64,000 nt of DNA from an uncultured Candidatus Rokubacteria bacterium (GTDB taxonomy: Bacteria; Methylomirabilota; Methylomirabilia; Rokubacteriales; DASRDR01). Below the pieces are notes generated by a model. The model was given only the letters and a program-made list of their open reading frames with translations, was not told the origin of the DNA and searched no databases. Positions within the stretch are counted from its first letter, which is position 1. Every line of letters begins with the position of its first letter. Below are positions 49,928 through 60,457 of this stretch, in pieces. The position numbers and the translations under genes were made by a program. The stretch covers positions 64,001 through 128,000 of the forward strand of contig CAVPSB010000025.1 in the NCBI GenBank assembly GCA_963708025.1, in the 5' to 3' direction.

Positions 49928-51121
49928 CTAGGACGCGGACGGGCGGGGATGGATCAGGCGCGCCGTGGCCGCGCCGGCCGGGTAGACGACGACGTGGCGG
50001 CCGCCCTGGATCTGGACGATCACCCGCTGGTAGAAGAGCGGGTCGCCATCGGGGGCGAACCGGACCCGGCCCAGCGGCGTCTCGACGTTGACGCGGCCGA
50101 GCGCCGCCCGCAGGGGCTCGCCCGCCGCCGGCTGGCCGTCGCGAGCGGCCGCCTCCAGCGCGACCAGCAGCGCGCGAGCGGCGGCATAGCCGTGCATGGC
50201 CAGCGGCACCGGCTCCTGCTTGAAGCGGTTCCGGTAGGCGTCGACGAAGCTCCGCGATTCGTCGGGGGCAGCCGGCACGAACACCCCCGGCTGCCAGGCC
50301 GTCGTTCCCAGGAGGCCCTCGGCCGCGGCGCCCAGCTCGCGGATCACCGCCGGGAACTCGAGGCCGAAGGCGCCGAGGAACCCCTTGGCACGCCACCCGC
50401 TCCGGGGGAGCTGCCGCACGATGAGGAGATGGTCGGCGAAGAAGGCGTCGGAGAGGAGCACCTCGGCGTCCTTGTCGCGGGCCCGGTTGAGCAGCGGGGT
50501 GAAGTCGGCCAGGCCGGGCGAGAACGGCTCGAAGACCGCGACCGGGATGGAGGCGGCGGCCAGCGCGTCGCGCTGGCGCGTGGCGAGCTGGCTGGCACCG
50601 GGCGTCGACGAGTAGAGGATCGCCACGCGGGCCGGCCGCAGGGCGTCCCGGACCACGCCGACGGTCGACTCGATGTAGGGCTCGAGGCTGGAGACCCGGA
50701 AGAAGTAGCGGTAGCCGCGCTGGCTGAGCCGCTCGTCGAGCGAGGCCGTCGCGAGGTAGGGCGTCCGGCTGCGCTCGGCGACCTCGCTGACGGGGCCGAC
50801 CAGGCTGTCGACGTAGCCCCCGATCAGCGCCGCCACGCGGTGGCGCGCGGTCAGCTCCTCGGCCGCCGCGATGGCGCGCTCGGGCTTGCCCTCGTCGTCC
50901 CGCTCGAGGAGCCGCACCGGCCGCCCGGCGACGCCGCCCCGCAGGTTGGCGGCCTCGACCGCGATCTGGATCCCCTGGGCCACCGCCAGCCCCTGGGCGG
51001 CCAGCGGGCCGGTCCGGGAGTTGATCTCGCCGACGACGAGCGGCTCGACGGCGTCGGCCGGCGCGGCGATCACGGCGAGAGCCAGCAGGGTGACGGCACG
51101 AAGCGGGTGGCGGAGCTTCAT
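49928..51121 (-). CDS. ABC substrate-binding protein (Liv/PBP1 type)
   Basis: Signal peptide, GGVAGRPV..DDEGKP, YRYFFR motifs. Confidence 0.88.
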   Translation of the reverse strand: MKLRHPLRAVTLLALAVIAAPADAVEPLVVGEINSRTGPLAAQGLAVAQGIQIAVEAANLRGGVAGRPVRLLERDDEGKPERAIAAAEELTARHRVAALIGGYVDSLVGPVSEVAERSRTPYLATASLDERLSQRGYRYFFRVSSLEPYIESTVGVVRDALRPARVAILYSSTPGASQLATRQRDALAAASIPVAVFEPFSPGLADFTPLLNRARDKDAEVLLSDAFFADHLLIVRQLPRSGWRAKGFLGAFGLEFPAVIRELGAAAEGLLGTTAWQPGVFVPAAPDESRSFVDAYRNRFKQEPVPLAMHGYAAARALLVALEAAARDGQPAAGEPLRAALGRVNVETPLGRVRFAPDGDPLFYQRVIVQIQGGRHVVVYPAGAATARLIHPRPSAS

Positions 51122-51176
51122 CGGGCGGGGAGCACGTTCGGCGGGGGGCCGGGCGGCCCCCCGCCGGGGATCTGGA

Positions 51177-52268
<1,092 letters not shown>

Positions 52269-52382
52269 GAGGACGCTCCCTTGGGTCCCTGGTCGGTGAT
52301 GTTCCCGTGGTTAGGGCGGCGACGCCAGGACTCGGTCGCCGTCAACCGCAGCTGGCCGCAGCTAGGATCGCCAGCCGGGGGT

Positions 52383-52422
52383 CCCCTGTCAAGGGCCGTC
52401 CGGGGCTGTCCAGGGCTGTCCA
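52383..52422 (-). promoter_or_regulatory. Four 10-bp direct repeats, the last containing a TTGACA -35 box
   Basis: Minus strand reads TGGACAGCCC TGGACAGCCC CGGACGGCCC TTGACAGGGG, upstream of the sugar ATPase. Confidence 0.55.
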
Positions 52423-52437
52423 GAACCCCCCGGATGA

Positions 52438-53451
52438 CTACCGCACCTTCAGCCGGACGATCCGGTGATGCGACGATTCGGCGATGTAGAGGTAGCCGTG
52501 GTCGTCGAGGGCGATGCCCGCGGGATCCCGGAGACCCTCCGCCACCGTCTCCACGGCGCCGTTCGGCGACACGCGGAAGACGCGAGCCACGTGGAACCCA
52601 CCGCTGACGAAGAGGGTGCCGTCGGGCGCGGCCAGCATGCTGGTCCGGTTGTACTCCCCGTGACGCGGCAGCCGGGTCAGCCGGCCCACGGCGCCGTCGG
52701 GGAGCAGGCGGAGCAGGGCGCCGGTGGGCTCGAGTAGCGCGACCTCACCCGAGGGGAGCGGCGCCACTGCGACGAAATGCCCCATGTATCCCGGGGTCCT
52801 GGTCTCGCCCGAGCGCGGGAACAGGGGGACGAGCCGATCGAGCTGCCGGGGCAGGGCGAAGGTCGGGTCGAGCGTCAGCCGGAACAGGAGGGGGCCCCGG
52901 TAGTCGTCCTCGCGGAGCGGCTCCAGGCCACGGGGCCCGCTGTCCTCGCCCGGCGCCAGCGTCCGATCGATGAAATCGAGGACCAGGAGCCGTCCCTCCG
53001 CGTCGAAGGCCAGCGCGCCGCCCGCCGGCACCCGGTGGAGGCCGATGGCGTAGCGAGCCAGCCGGCCGTCCGGCTCGAGGCGGTAGACACGGGTCCCGTT
53101 CTCTTCCCCCAGGAACAGCCGGCGAGTGGCCGGGTCGAGGGCGAGGCTGCCCAGCGTCGCCGTCCGGCCGTCGCTGAAGCCGAGGCGCCGGGAGGCCTGC
53201 ATCCCCAGGTCGACGGGCAGTCGCCCGTCCAGCTCGATGTGGTACAGCTCGCCGGCCGCGTCGCCGCGCAGTCCGGGACCCAGCACGGTGAGCGTGCGGC
53301 CATCCACCACGACCTGGGCTGGCCGCGGGATTCCGGTCGCCACCACCTCCGGCCGACCCGGCCCGGCCGCCGGGCCCGGAGCCTGGGCGCCCGCGGTCGA
53401 GAGCAGGCCGAGCGTCAGGAGGACCGGGGTCCAGCGGGGGAGCCGGCTCAC
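52438..53451 (-). CDS. Secreted beta-propeller protein (NHL/SMP-30-like)
   Basis: Signal peptide, blade-like LALDP, LAFDAEG, PAGIALDDHGYLYIAE. Confidence 0.7.
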   Translation of the reverse strand: MSRLPRWTPVLLTLGLLSTAGAQAPGPAAGPGRPEVVATGIPRPAQVVVDGRTLTVLGPGLRGDAAGELYHIELDGRLPVDLGMQASRRLGFSDGRTATLGSLALDPATRRLFLGEENGTRVYRLEPDGRLARYAIGLHRVPAGGALAFDAEGRLLVLDFIDRTLAPGEDSGPRGLEPLREDDYRGPLLFRLTLDPTFALPRQLDRLVPLFPRSGETRTPGYMGHFVAVAPLPSGEVALLEPTGALLRLLPDGAVGRLTRLPRHGEYNRTSMLAAPDGTLFVSGGFHVARVFRVSPNGAVETVAEGLRDPAGIALDDHGYLYIAESSHHRIVRLKVR

Positions 53452-53506
53452 CGGCCCCGGCCGGCCGCGACCGGCCGCCGGCTCCCGCCGCCACACCGCC
53501 GGGTGG

Positions 53507-54796
53507 CTACACGAACTTCGAGTAGATGGCCCGGAGCTTGTCCTCGCCCCACTTGACCGTGGCCTCGAGGTCCATCTTGTCCGCGCAGAACTGGGCCACG
53601 GCATCGATCATCACGAACTGCTGGTAGACCTCGTCGGCGGCCGGGGTCAGGGGCCCGGGGTACCCGACGGTCACGTGGTACTCCGGCGACTTCTCGAGGA
53701 CCTTGAGCTTGGGGTCCTCGCTGATGATCGGCAGCGGACCCTTGGCGAATTCCTTGAGGAACGGGTTGTTGTAGCCGGTGGACGCCTTGAAGGCCTCCTT
53801 GAAGTTGTCCGTGAGGGACTCCAGGTACGCCCGGGCGATGTCCTGGTTCTTGGAGAACTTCGTGATCCCGTTGGCCAGGCAGTTGGCGAAGGAGAGCCGC
53901 GTCACCGGGCCCCGGGGCGAGAGCTGGATGTGGATCTTGGACGCCAGCTCCTTGTTCTCCTTCTCGATCGACCGGTAGGCGCTGATCGGGTTGTGGATCC
54001 AGGACCCGCGGCCGGAGGCGAGGAAGCGGTTGTTCGAGGAGTCGTCCCAGGCCAGGACCTCGGGCGTCATCGTGTCCTTGTAGAGCGCCTTCATGTACTT
54101 GAGCGCCTCGCGGACCTCCTTCGAGTTCCACGTGATCGTCTTTCCGTCCTTGCCGACCTCCGACCCGCCGTAGCACCACATGATCCCGCGCCAGGAGTTC
54201 CGCGAGTCGTTGTGGTGGGCGAGGCCGATCCCGACCGGGAAGCCCTTGGCCTTGAGCTTGATCCCGCCCTTGTGGAGGTCGTCCCAGGAGTCGGGGCCGT
54301 TGGGCATGCCGGCGTGCTCGGTCCAGAGGTCCTTGCGGTACAGGCCCGGGAAGTCGATGAAGAAATCGGGGATGGAGTAGAAGCGCCCCTTGTAGCTGGA
54401 GTAGTTCTCGCCCAGCGGGGTCCAGCCCCCGTACTTCTTGCCGAGCTTCTCGCCCAGGTCGTGGAGGTCGATCAGCGCCGGGGCGAACTTCTCGGTGCCG
54501 GACGCGATGAGCAGGACGACGTCGTGACCCGACTGGGTGGCCACCTCGGCGGCGATCTTCGCCGGGAGCTGGAGGTGCGGGATGTGGTCGACGGTGGCCT
54601 TGACGCCGTTCTTGGCGCCCCACTCGGCCACGAACTGGTCGAGCCACTTGTCGTACTCCGGCACGAAGTGGCTCCAGGTCAGGATCTTCAGCTCCTTCTG
54701 CTGGGCCCAGCTGGGTCGGATCCAGGCGTGCGGGGCCACCGCCGCCGCCGCGCCGGCGGTGGCGCCGAGGAACTGCCGTCGGGTGAGCTTGGCCAT
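53507..54796 (-). CDS. Carbohydrate ABC substrate-binding protein, Tat signal
   Basis: LTRRQFL, WSHFVP, WDDSSNNR motifs. Confidence 0.9.
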   Translation of the reverse strand: MAKLTRRQFLGATAGAAAAVAPHAWIRPSWAQQKELKILTWSHFVPEYDKWLDQFVAEWGAKNGVKATVDHIPHLQLPAKIAAEVATQSGHDVVLLIASGTEKFAPALIDLHDLGEKLGKKYGGWTPLGENYSSYKGRFYSIPDFFIDFPGLYRKDLWTEHAGMPNGPDSWDDLHKGGIKLKAKGFPVGIGLAHHNDSRNSWRGIMWCYGGSEVGKDGKTITWNSKEVREALKYMKALYKDTMTPEVLAWDDSSNNRFLASGRGSWIHNPISAYRSIEKENKELASKIHIQLSPRGPVTRLSFANCLANGITKFSKNQDIARAYLESLTDNFKEAFKASTGYNNPFLKEFAKGPLPIISEDPKLKVLEKSPEYHVTVGYPGPLTPAADEVYQQFVMIDAVAQFCADKMDLEATVKWGEDKLRAIYSKFV

Positions 54797-54825
54797 GTGC
54801 TCCTCCTTGGGTGAAGGGTTGCGCG

Positions 54826-55677
54826 CTACTTGAGCGCCCCGGCCGTCAGCCCGTGGATGAAGTGGTCCAGGCTGAAGGCATAGATGATCGCCACCGGAAT
54901 GGCGCCGAGCAGGGCGCCCGACATCAGAGACCCCCAGTAGAAGACGTCCCCCCGGATGAGATCCGTCGTCACCCCGTACGCGATGGTCTTGTTGGCCGAG
55001 GCGGAGATGAAGGTCAGCGCGTAGATGAACTCCTGATACGTGAGCGTGAAGGCGAAGATCCCGGCGGTGATGATGCCGGGCACGATGACCGGGATGATGA
55101 TCCGGCTGAAGGCCTGGAACCGCGTGCAGCCGTCGATCTGCGCGCTCTCCTCGATCTCGCGGGGGACGGTGCGGACGAAGCCCATGAGCAGCCAGGTGCA
55201 GAAGGGGACGGTGAACGAGGGATAGACAGCGATCAGCGACCAGACCGAGTCGGTGAAGCCGAGGCCGCGGACGAGCTGGGAGAGCGGCAGGAAGAGCAGC
55301 GCCGGCGGGATCAGGTAGGACAGGAACATCGCGATGGAGAGCGTCTGGTTGCCCGGGAAGCGCATCCGGGCCAGTGCGTAGGCCGCCGGCAGGCCCAGGA
55401 GGAGCGTGATGACGACCACCGACAGGCCGACCAGGACGCTGTTCTGCAGCCAGGTCAGGAACAGCGTGTCCTGGAGGAGCAGCCGGAGGTGTTCCAGCGT
55501 CGGCGCCTCCTTGAACCAGAACGGGGCGGTGGTCAGGTTGTAGAGGTCGTTGTTGCGCTTGAAGGCGGTGATGACCATCCAGTAGAAGGGGAAGAGGACG
55601 ACGAAGAGGTAGGGCGACAGCGGCAGGTAGGGGCCGTAGTCTCGCTTGAATTTCCGCCAGGCGGCCCGGGCCGTCAT
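54826..55677 (-). CDS. Carbohydrate ABC permease (MalG-like)
   Basis: EIEESAQIDG EAA loop, GLTAGALK. Confidence 0.92.
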   Translation of the reverse strand: MTARAAWRKFKRDYGPYLPLSPYLFVVLFPFYWMVITAFKRNNDLYNLTTAPFWFKEAPTLEHLRLLLQDTLFLTWLQNSVLVGLSVVVITLLLGLPAAYALARMRFPGNQTLSIAMFLSYLIPPALLFLPLSQLVRGLGFTDSVWSLIAVYPSFTVPFCTWLLMGFVRTVPREIEESAQIDGCTRFQAFSRIIIPVIVPGIITAGIFAFTLTYQEFIYALTFISASANKTIAYGVTTDLIRGDVFYWGSLMSGALLGAIPVAIIYAFSLDHFIHGLTAGALK

Positions 55678-55678
55678 C

Positions 55679-56626
55679 CTATTCCCTCCGTAGCACGCGC
55701 AGCAGGAATATGACCATCACCGCCAGCAGCGGGAAGATGAACAGCGTGATGGCGGCACCCATCCCGATGTCGCCGGCATTGATCCCGATGTTGTAGGCGT
55801 AGGTCCCGAAGACGTGCGTGGTGTTGTACGGGCCGCCCTGGGTCAGGAGCCAGACGGCGGAGAAGTCGGTGAACGAGAAGACGATCGAGTAGAGCAGCCC
55901 GACGAACAGGATCGGGCGGATCATCGGCACCACCACGTAGTGGAAGCGGCGCAGCGGCCCGGCCCCGTCGATCTTGGCCGCCTCGATCACCTCCTGGGGC
56001 ACCGCGGTGAGGCCGGCCAGCAGGATCACCGCCGAGAACGGGAAGCCCCGCCAGACGTTCAGGATGATCACCGACCACATGGCCAGCCCCGGCTCCCCCA
56101 GCCACTGCCACGGGTAGTCGATCAGGCCGACCTTCATCAGCATCCAGTTGATGACGCTGTAGAGCGAGTCGAACATCCACTTCCAGGCCAGGGAGGAGAG
56201 CGCGATGGGGATGACGAACGGGATGAGGATCAGTCCCTGAACCAGCCGCTTGCCCTTGAACGAGCGGTTGAGCGCGAACGCCAGCGGCAGGCCGATGACG
56301 AGCCGGATCAGCTCGGAGCCGAAGGTGAAGACGAACGAGTTCCGGACGGTCTGCCAGAAGACCGGATCGTCGAAGAGCCGGGAATAGTTGAGGAGGCCGA
56401 CGAAGTGGGACTCCGTCGAGCCGACCCGGGCGCTGGAGACGCTGAGGTAGATCGACATGACGAACGGGTAGGCGATGAAGAACGCGAGGTAGAGAAAGGC
56501 GGGCGCGACCCACAGGAGGCCCTGGATGCTCTCCCGTCCCAGCCTCAGCGTGGCAAGCCAGGCCTGGGGCTGAGGGACGGCCACGGCGGCAGTCGGCCGC
56601 CCCGCGTATTCCTGGCCGTTGCTCAC
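55679..56626 (-). CDS. Carbohydrate ABC permease (MalF-like)
   Basis: FVGLLNY, EAAKIDGAG, LTQGGP motifs. Confidence 0.92.
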   Translation of the reverse strand: MSNGQEYAGRPTAAVAVPQPQAWLATLRLGRESIQGLLWVAPAFLYLAFFIAYPFVMSIYLSVSSARVGSTESHFVGLLNYSRLFDDPVFWQTVRNSFVFTFGSELIRLVIGLPLAFALNRSFKGKRLVQGLILIPFVIPIALSSLAWKWMFDSLYSVINWMLMKVGLIDYPWQWLGEPGLAMWSVIILNVWRGFPFSAVILLAGLTAVPQEVIEAAKIDGAGPLRRFHYVVVPMIRPILFVGLLYSIVFSFTDFSAVWLLTQGGPYNTTHVFGTYAYNIGINAGDIGMGAAITLFIFPLLAVMVIFLLRVLRRE

Positions 56627-56647
56627 GGCATCCCGGGCGGCGCCCGA

Positions 56648-57529
56648 TCACCCCTTCACGGCGCCGGTGAGGCCGGCGACATAGTGCTCCACGAAGAAGG
56701 AGTAGATGAGCGCGACGGGCACCGAGCCCAGCAGGGCGCCCGCCATGAGCGGACCCCAGAAGAACACGTCCCCCCGGATCAGCTCGGAGACCACGCCGAC
56801 CGGCACCGTCTTCTGCTGGGGGGAGGAGAGGAAGATGAGGGCGTAGATGAACTCGTTCCAGGACAGGGTGAAGGCGAAGATCCCGGCCGAGAGGATCCCG
56901 GGCATGGCGATCGGGAAGACGATCTGGACCATCGCCCGGATACGGCTGGCCCCGTCGATGCGGGCGCACTCCTCGAGCTCCTTCGGGATCGTCTTGAAGT
57001 AGCCCATGAGGAGCCACGTGCAGAACGGGATGAGGAAGGTCGGGTAGGTCAGGATGAGCGACCACGGCGTGTCGCCGAGCCGGAAGTTCCGGATGATGTC
57101 GGCCAGGGGGATGAAGAGGAGTGTCGGCGGCACCAGGTAGGTGGCGAAGATGCCGGTGCCGATACCGCCCGCGAGCGGGAACTTGAGCCGGGCCAGCGCG
57201 TAGCCGGCCAGCAGGCCGCAGAAGATCGAGATGAGGGTCGAGATGAGCGCGATGAACATCGTGTTGTAGAGCCAGGTGCCGAACATCGTGTTCTTGAAGA
57301 GGTAGACGACGTGCTCGAACGTCGGGTGCGTGGTCCAGAAGGGCGTGTTGTTGACGGCGCGCCACGGCCGGTAGAGCTCCGCGTCCGGCCGGAAGGCGGT
57401 GATGAGCATCCAGTAGAACGGGAACAGCGTGCCGACGACGAAGACGGTGAGGGGGACGTAGAAGAAGACCCATTTGCGCCAGTGGGTGCCCTCGACCATC
57501 CCCGCGCCCGATCCCGCCCGGCCGGCCAT
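56648..57529 (-). CDS. Carbohydrate ABC permease (MalG-like)
   Basis: ELEECARIDG, WNEFIYAL, GLTGAVKG motifs. Confidence 0.92.
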   Translation of the reverse strand: MAGRAGSGAGMVEGTHWRKWVFFYVPLTVFVVGTLFPFYWMLITAFRPDAELYRPWRAVNNTPFWTTHPTFEHVVYLFKNTMFGTWLYNTMFIALISTLISIFCGLLAGYALARLKFPLAGGIGTGIFATYLVPPTLLFIPLADIIRNFRLGDTPWSLILTYPTFLIPFCTWLLMGYFKTIPKELEECARIDGASRIRAMVQIVFPIAMPGILSAGIFAFTLSWNEFIYALIFLSSPQQKTVPVGVVSELIRGDVFFWGPLMAGALLGSVPVALIYSFFVEHYVAGLTGAVKG

Positions 57530-58521
57530 CAGGCGTTCTCCACCCTGCGGATGTACCAGAGCTGGATCACGACGATGAAGAAGAGCAGGGGGAACATCGC
57601 CAGCGAGGCCGCCGCCCCCTCGCCGAGCAGGCCGGTCGCGATGCCGATCTGGTAGGCGTAGGTGGCGAACAGGTGCGTCGAGTTGGCCGGCCCCCCGCCG
57701 GTGAGCACGTAGACGAGCTGGAAGTCGGCGAAGGTCTGGATGACCGAAAAGAGCGTCACCACCATCGTGACCGGCAGCAGCAGCGGCCAGGTGATCCGCC
57801 AGTAGCGCTGCCAGGCGTTGGCGCCGTCGATGGCCGCCGCCTCGTGCAGCTCGGGGTTCACCGTCTGGAGCCCGGCCAGGAGCGTGATGGCATAGAACGG
57901 CATGCCCCGCCAGACGTTCACGACGATGACCGACCCCAGGGCCAGCACGGGGTCGGTGAGCCAGCCGATCCGGGTCTGGATGACGCCCATGTGGTAGAGC
58001 GACCAGTTGAGCACGCTGAACGTCGGGTCGAACATCCACTTCCAGGCGAAGGTCGAGAGCACCGTCGGGATGATGAAGGGCAGGAGCATCGAGGCCCGGA
58101 CCAGCCGCTTGCCGCGGAAGTGGCGGTTGAGGAGCAGGGCCAGCCACATCCCCAGCGCGAGCTTGAAGACGGTGGCGATGCCCGTGTAGATGAAGGTGTT
58201 GTAGGCGGCCTGCTGGAAGATCGAGTCGTTCCAGATCTTGACGAAGTTCTTGAGCCCGACGAATAGCCCGGGATTACCCACGGTCGCGCTCGTCAGCGAC
58301 AGCCAGACGCCCTTGACGAAGGGATACGCGATGAACAGCGCGAGCAGGACGAGTGTGGGGAGGAGTAGCAGGAAGCCCAGGACCCGCTCGTCTTCCAAGA
58401 GCTGGGCCGCCCCGCCGCTCCGCCGGGCGGCGACGCGGAAGGTCGCGGGACGGGCGATGGCCTCCCCGACCGGGGCGGCGCCGCCCGCGACCGGCCTCAG
58501 GTGGGGATCAGGAACCGCCAC
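57529..58521 (-). CDS. Carbohydrate ABC permease (MalF-like)
   Basis: FVGLKNF, EAAAIDGA, LTGGGP motifs. Confidence 0.92.
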   Translation of the reverse strand: MAVPDPHLRPVAGGAAPVGEAIARPATFRVAARRSGGAAQLLEDERVLGFLLLLPTLVLLALFIAYPFVKGVWLSLTSATVGNPGLFVGLKNFVKIWNDSIFQQAAYNTFIYTGIATVFKLALGMWLALLLNRHFRGKRLVRASMLLPFIIPTVLSTFAWKWMFDPTFSVLNWSLYHMGVIQTRIGWLTDPVLALGSVIVVNVWRGMPFYAITLLAGLQTVNPELHEAAAIDGANAWQRYWRITWPLLLPVTMVVTLFSVIQTFADFQLVYVLTGGGPANSTHLFATYAYQIGIATGLLGEGAAASLAMFPLLFFIVVIQLWYIRRVENA

Positions 58522-58568
58522 CGCCCCGTCCGCTCATCCGTCGAGTCTCTCCGTTGCCAGGCCACATG

Positions 58569-58600
58569 GCCGGAGGCGCCGGAAGACCGGCGCCTCCGGC
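58569..58600. terminator. Stem-loop after binding-protein gene
   Basis: GCCGGAGGCGCCGG-AAGA-CCGGCGCCTCCGGC, a perfect 14-bp stem. Confidence 0.55.
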
Positions 58601-58607
58601 GATCAGC

Positions 58608-59921
58608 CTACGCGTAGATCTTCTTTAGCTCGCTCTCCGCCCACTTGACCGCCTCTTCCGGCGCCATGCCCTGGACGGCCTTCGCGTACATGTTGGTGAT
58701 GATGTACTTGGTCTGGACCTCGGTCGCCTTGGCATTCGGGGGGCCGGCGTACCCGAACAGGCGGAACGCCCGGGCCCCGGTGCGGAAGGGCAGCATGACC
58801 GGATCCTCTTCCCACATCTTGTGCTTCTCCCACTCCGTGGTCGGGCCCACGCTGAAGCCCTTCTGGGAGAGGAACCAGGGCTCGTAGTTCTCCTTCTGGT
58901 GGAACCAGCGGAGGAAGTCCTTGGCGAGCTTCTGGTTCTTCGAGTACCCCATGACGGCGTGGTGGAAGGTCGTGTGGTTGAGGAAGGCCCCGGCCGGCCC
59001 GGCGGGGTTCGGCGCGTGCCGGATGTCGGTGTTCAGCAGGGCCCCCTTGTCGGTCTTGTACTTCTCCTTGCCCCGGAGCGACTCGATGTAGATCGACGCC
59101 CCGTTCAGGGTCGCGCAGATGGTACCGGACAGGAACGCCCGGTTGTTGTTCGAGTCGTCCCAGGCGAGCCCGCCCTCGTCGAACGCTTCCTTCCACATCG
59201 CGGCCATGAACTTGACCGACTCCAGCGTCTCCTTCGAGTTGATGGCGACGGTCTTGCCGTCGTTCTCGACCTCTTTGCCGCCGAAGGCCCAAAGGTACGT
59301 GTAGCTGAACGTCGGCGCGTCCCCGAAGGTCTGTCCCAGGGTCTGGCCGATCGGGTAGCCCTTGGCCTTGAGCTTCTTGCCGGCTTCCCGGTACTCCTGC
59401 CAGGTCTTCGGAAACTCTTTGTAGCCGGCCTCCTCGAAGAGCGACTTCCGGTAGGCGATCAGCGCGCCCACGACGGCGTGGGGCACCGCCAGGCGCTTGC
59501 CGCCGGGGCCGGCCGTCTGCAGGTTGATCGCCTCGTAGAAGCCGCCCTGGGCCTTGTTGATGTCCTGGTAGACGTCGCTGAGGTCCGCGACGCTATTGGC
59601 GTAGAGCTGGACCCAGTTGTGGAGCATGTGGAAGATGTCGGGTCCGTTGCTCGACTGGATGGCCGCGGTGGCTCGGGCCTGGATGTCGTTGGCGTTGATC
59701 GTTTCGAGCGTGATCTGGGCCCCCAGCGCCTTCTCGGCCGCCGGGACCGTCTTCGTCTTCAGCGTCTCGTCCGAGGCGGGCACGAAATCGACCCACCGCA
59801 CGATGTGGAGTTTCGTGCCCTGGGCGTAGGCCGGGGCCCGCCCGGAGGCCAGGATCCCGGCGACCCCGCCCGCCGCGGCCGCCCCGGTCACTCGCACGAA
59901 CGTTCGCCGATTCATCGTCAT
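58608..59921 (-). CDS. Carbohydrate ABC substrate-binding protein, Tat signal (possible extension to ATG 60035)
   Basis: MNRRTFV, WVDFVP, WDDSNNNRAF. Paralog of 53507-54796. Confidence 0.9.
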   Translation of the reverse strand: MTMNRRTFVRVTGAAAAGGVAGILASGRAPAYAQGTKLHIVRWVDFVPASDETLKTKTVPAAEKALGAQITLETINANDIQARATAAIQSSNGPDIFHMLHNWVQLYANSVADLSDVYQDINKAQGGFYEAINLQTAGPGGKRLAVPHAVVGALIAYRKSLFEEAGYKEFPKTWQEYREAGKKLKAKGYPIGQTLGQTFGDAPTFSYTYLWAFGGKEVENDGKTVAINSKETLESVKFMAAMWKEAFDEGGLAWDDSNNNRAFLSGTICATLNGASIYIESLRGKEKYKTDKGALLNTDIRHAPNPAGPAGAFLNHTTFHHAVMGYSKNQKLAKDFLRWFHQKENYEPWFLSQKGFSVGPTTEWEKHKMWEEDPVMLPFRTGARAFRLFGYAGPPNAKATEVQTKYIITNMYAKAVQGMAPEEAVKWAESELKKIYA

Positions 59922-60196
59922 GATTCCCTCCCGATCCTTGGCTGGCTGTCGAGACATCGCCGCCTCTGGTTGTGACATGGTCTTGAGAAACGCCCGGCGG
60001 CCGATCAGGGTTCGCCCGCTTCGCTCGCTGGCCATGCTGTGCCTCCTAGGTCGAGGATGGGACGTCCCAGCGGTTCCACCACCACGCGGATGCGCCCCTC
60101 GGACGGGGAGCCGTCCCGGGTGACGCACGGAGAGGCGAAGATCGGGGACCTGTGCACCGAGAGTTGAACCCTGGCCCGAGAACACCAGGATTGGCC

Positions 60197-60227
60197 ATCG
60201 TATAGCATCGGGCCCCGAAGCTGTCAA
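60197..60227 (-). promoter_or_regulatory. Sigma70-type promoter of the sugar ABC cluster
   Basis: TTGACA-N17-TATACG(AT), with TG just upstream of the -10, on the minus strand. Confidence 0.55.
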
Positions 60228-60296
60228 CCGGAAACCCAGCGCCGGGAATTCACGCCGGGGCGCGTTCCGGACGGTGGGTAGCCGGGCCGGCTCAGT

Positions 60297-60457
60297 GGCC
60301 GCAAGGAAAATGGCGGCGACTCCCAGTCCGACCACCCCACCGGCTTCTCGCAGCCCCCTGGCTCTGGCCGCGCGGCCGTGGGGTTCCGCTCCGAGCCGCG
60401 GCTTCGCCGCGCCCTCCGAGGGGGGGTCTCGGGGGGCTTCCGAGCCCCCCCGAGATT
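60297..60457 (-). repeat. Repeat family C copy with terminal hairpin
   Basis: Homologous to 17971-18075 and 32123-32266. TCTCGGGGGGCTTCCGAGCCCCCCCGAGA abuts the MFS stop. Confidence 0.78.
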
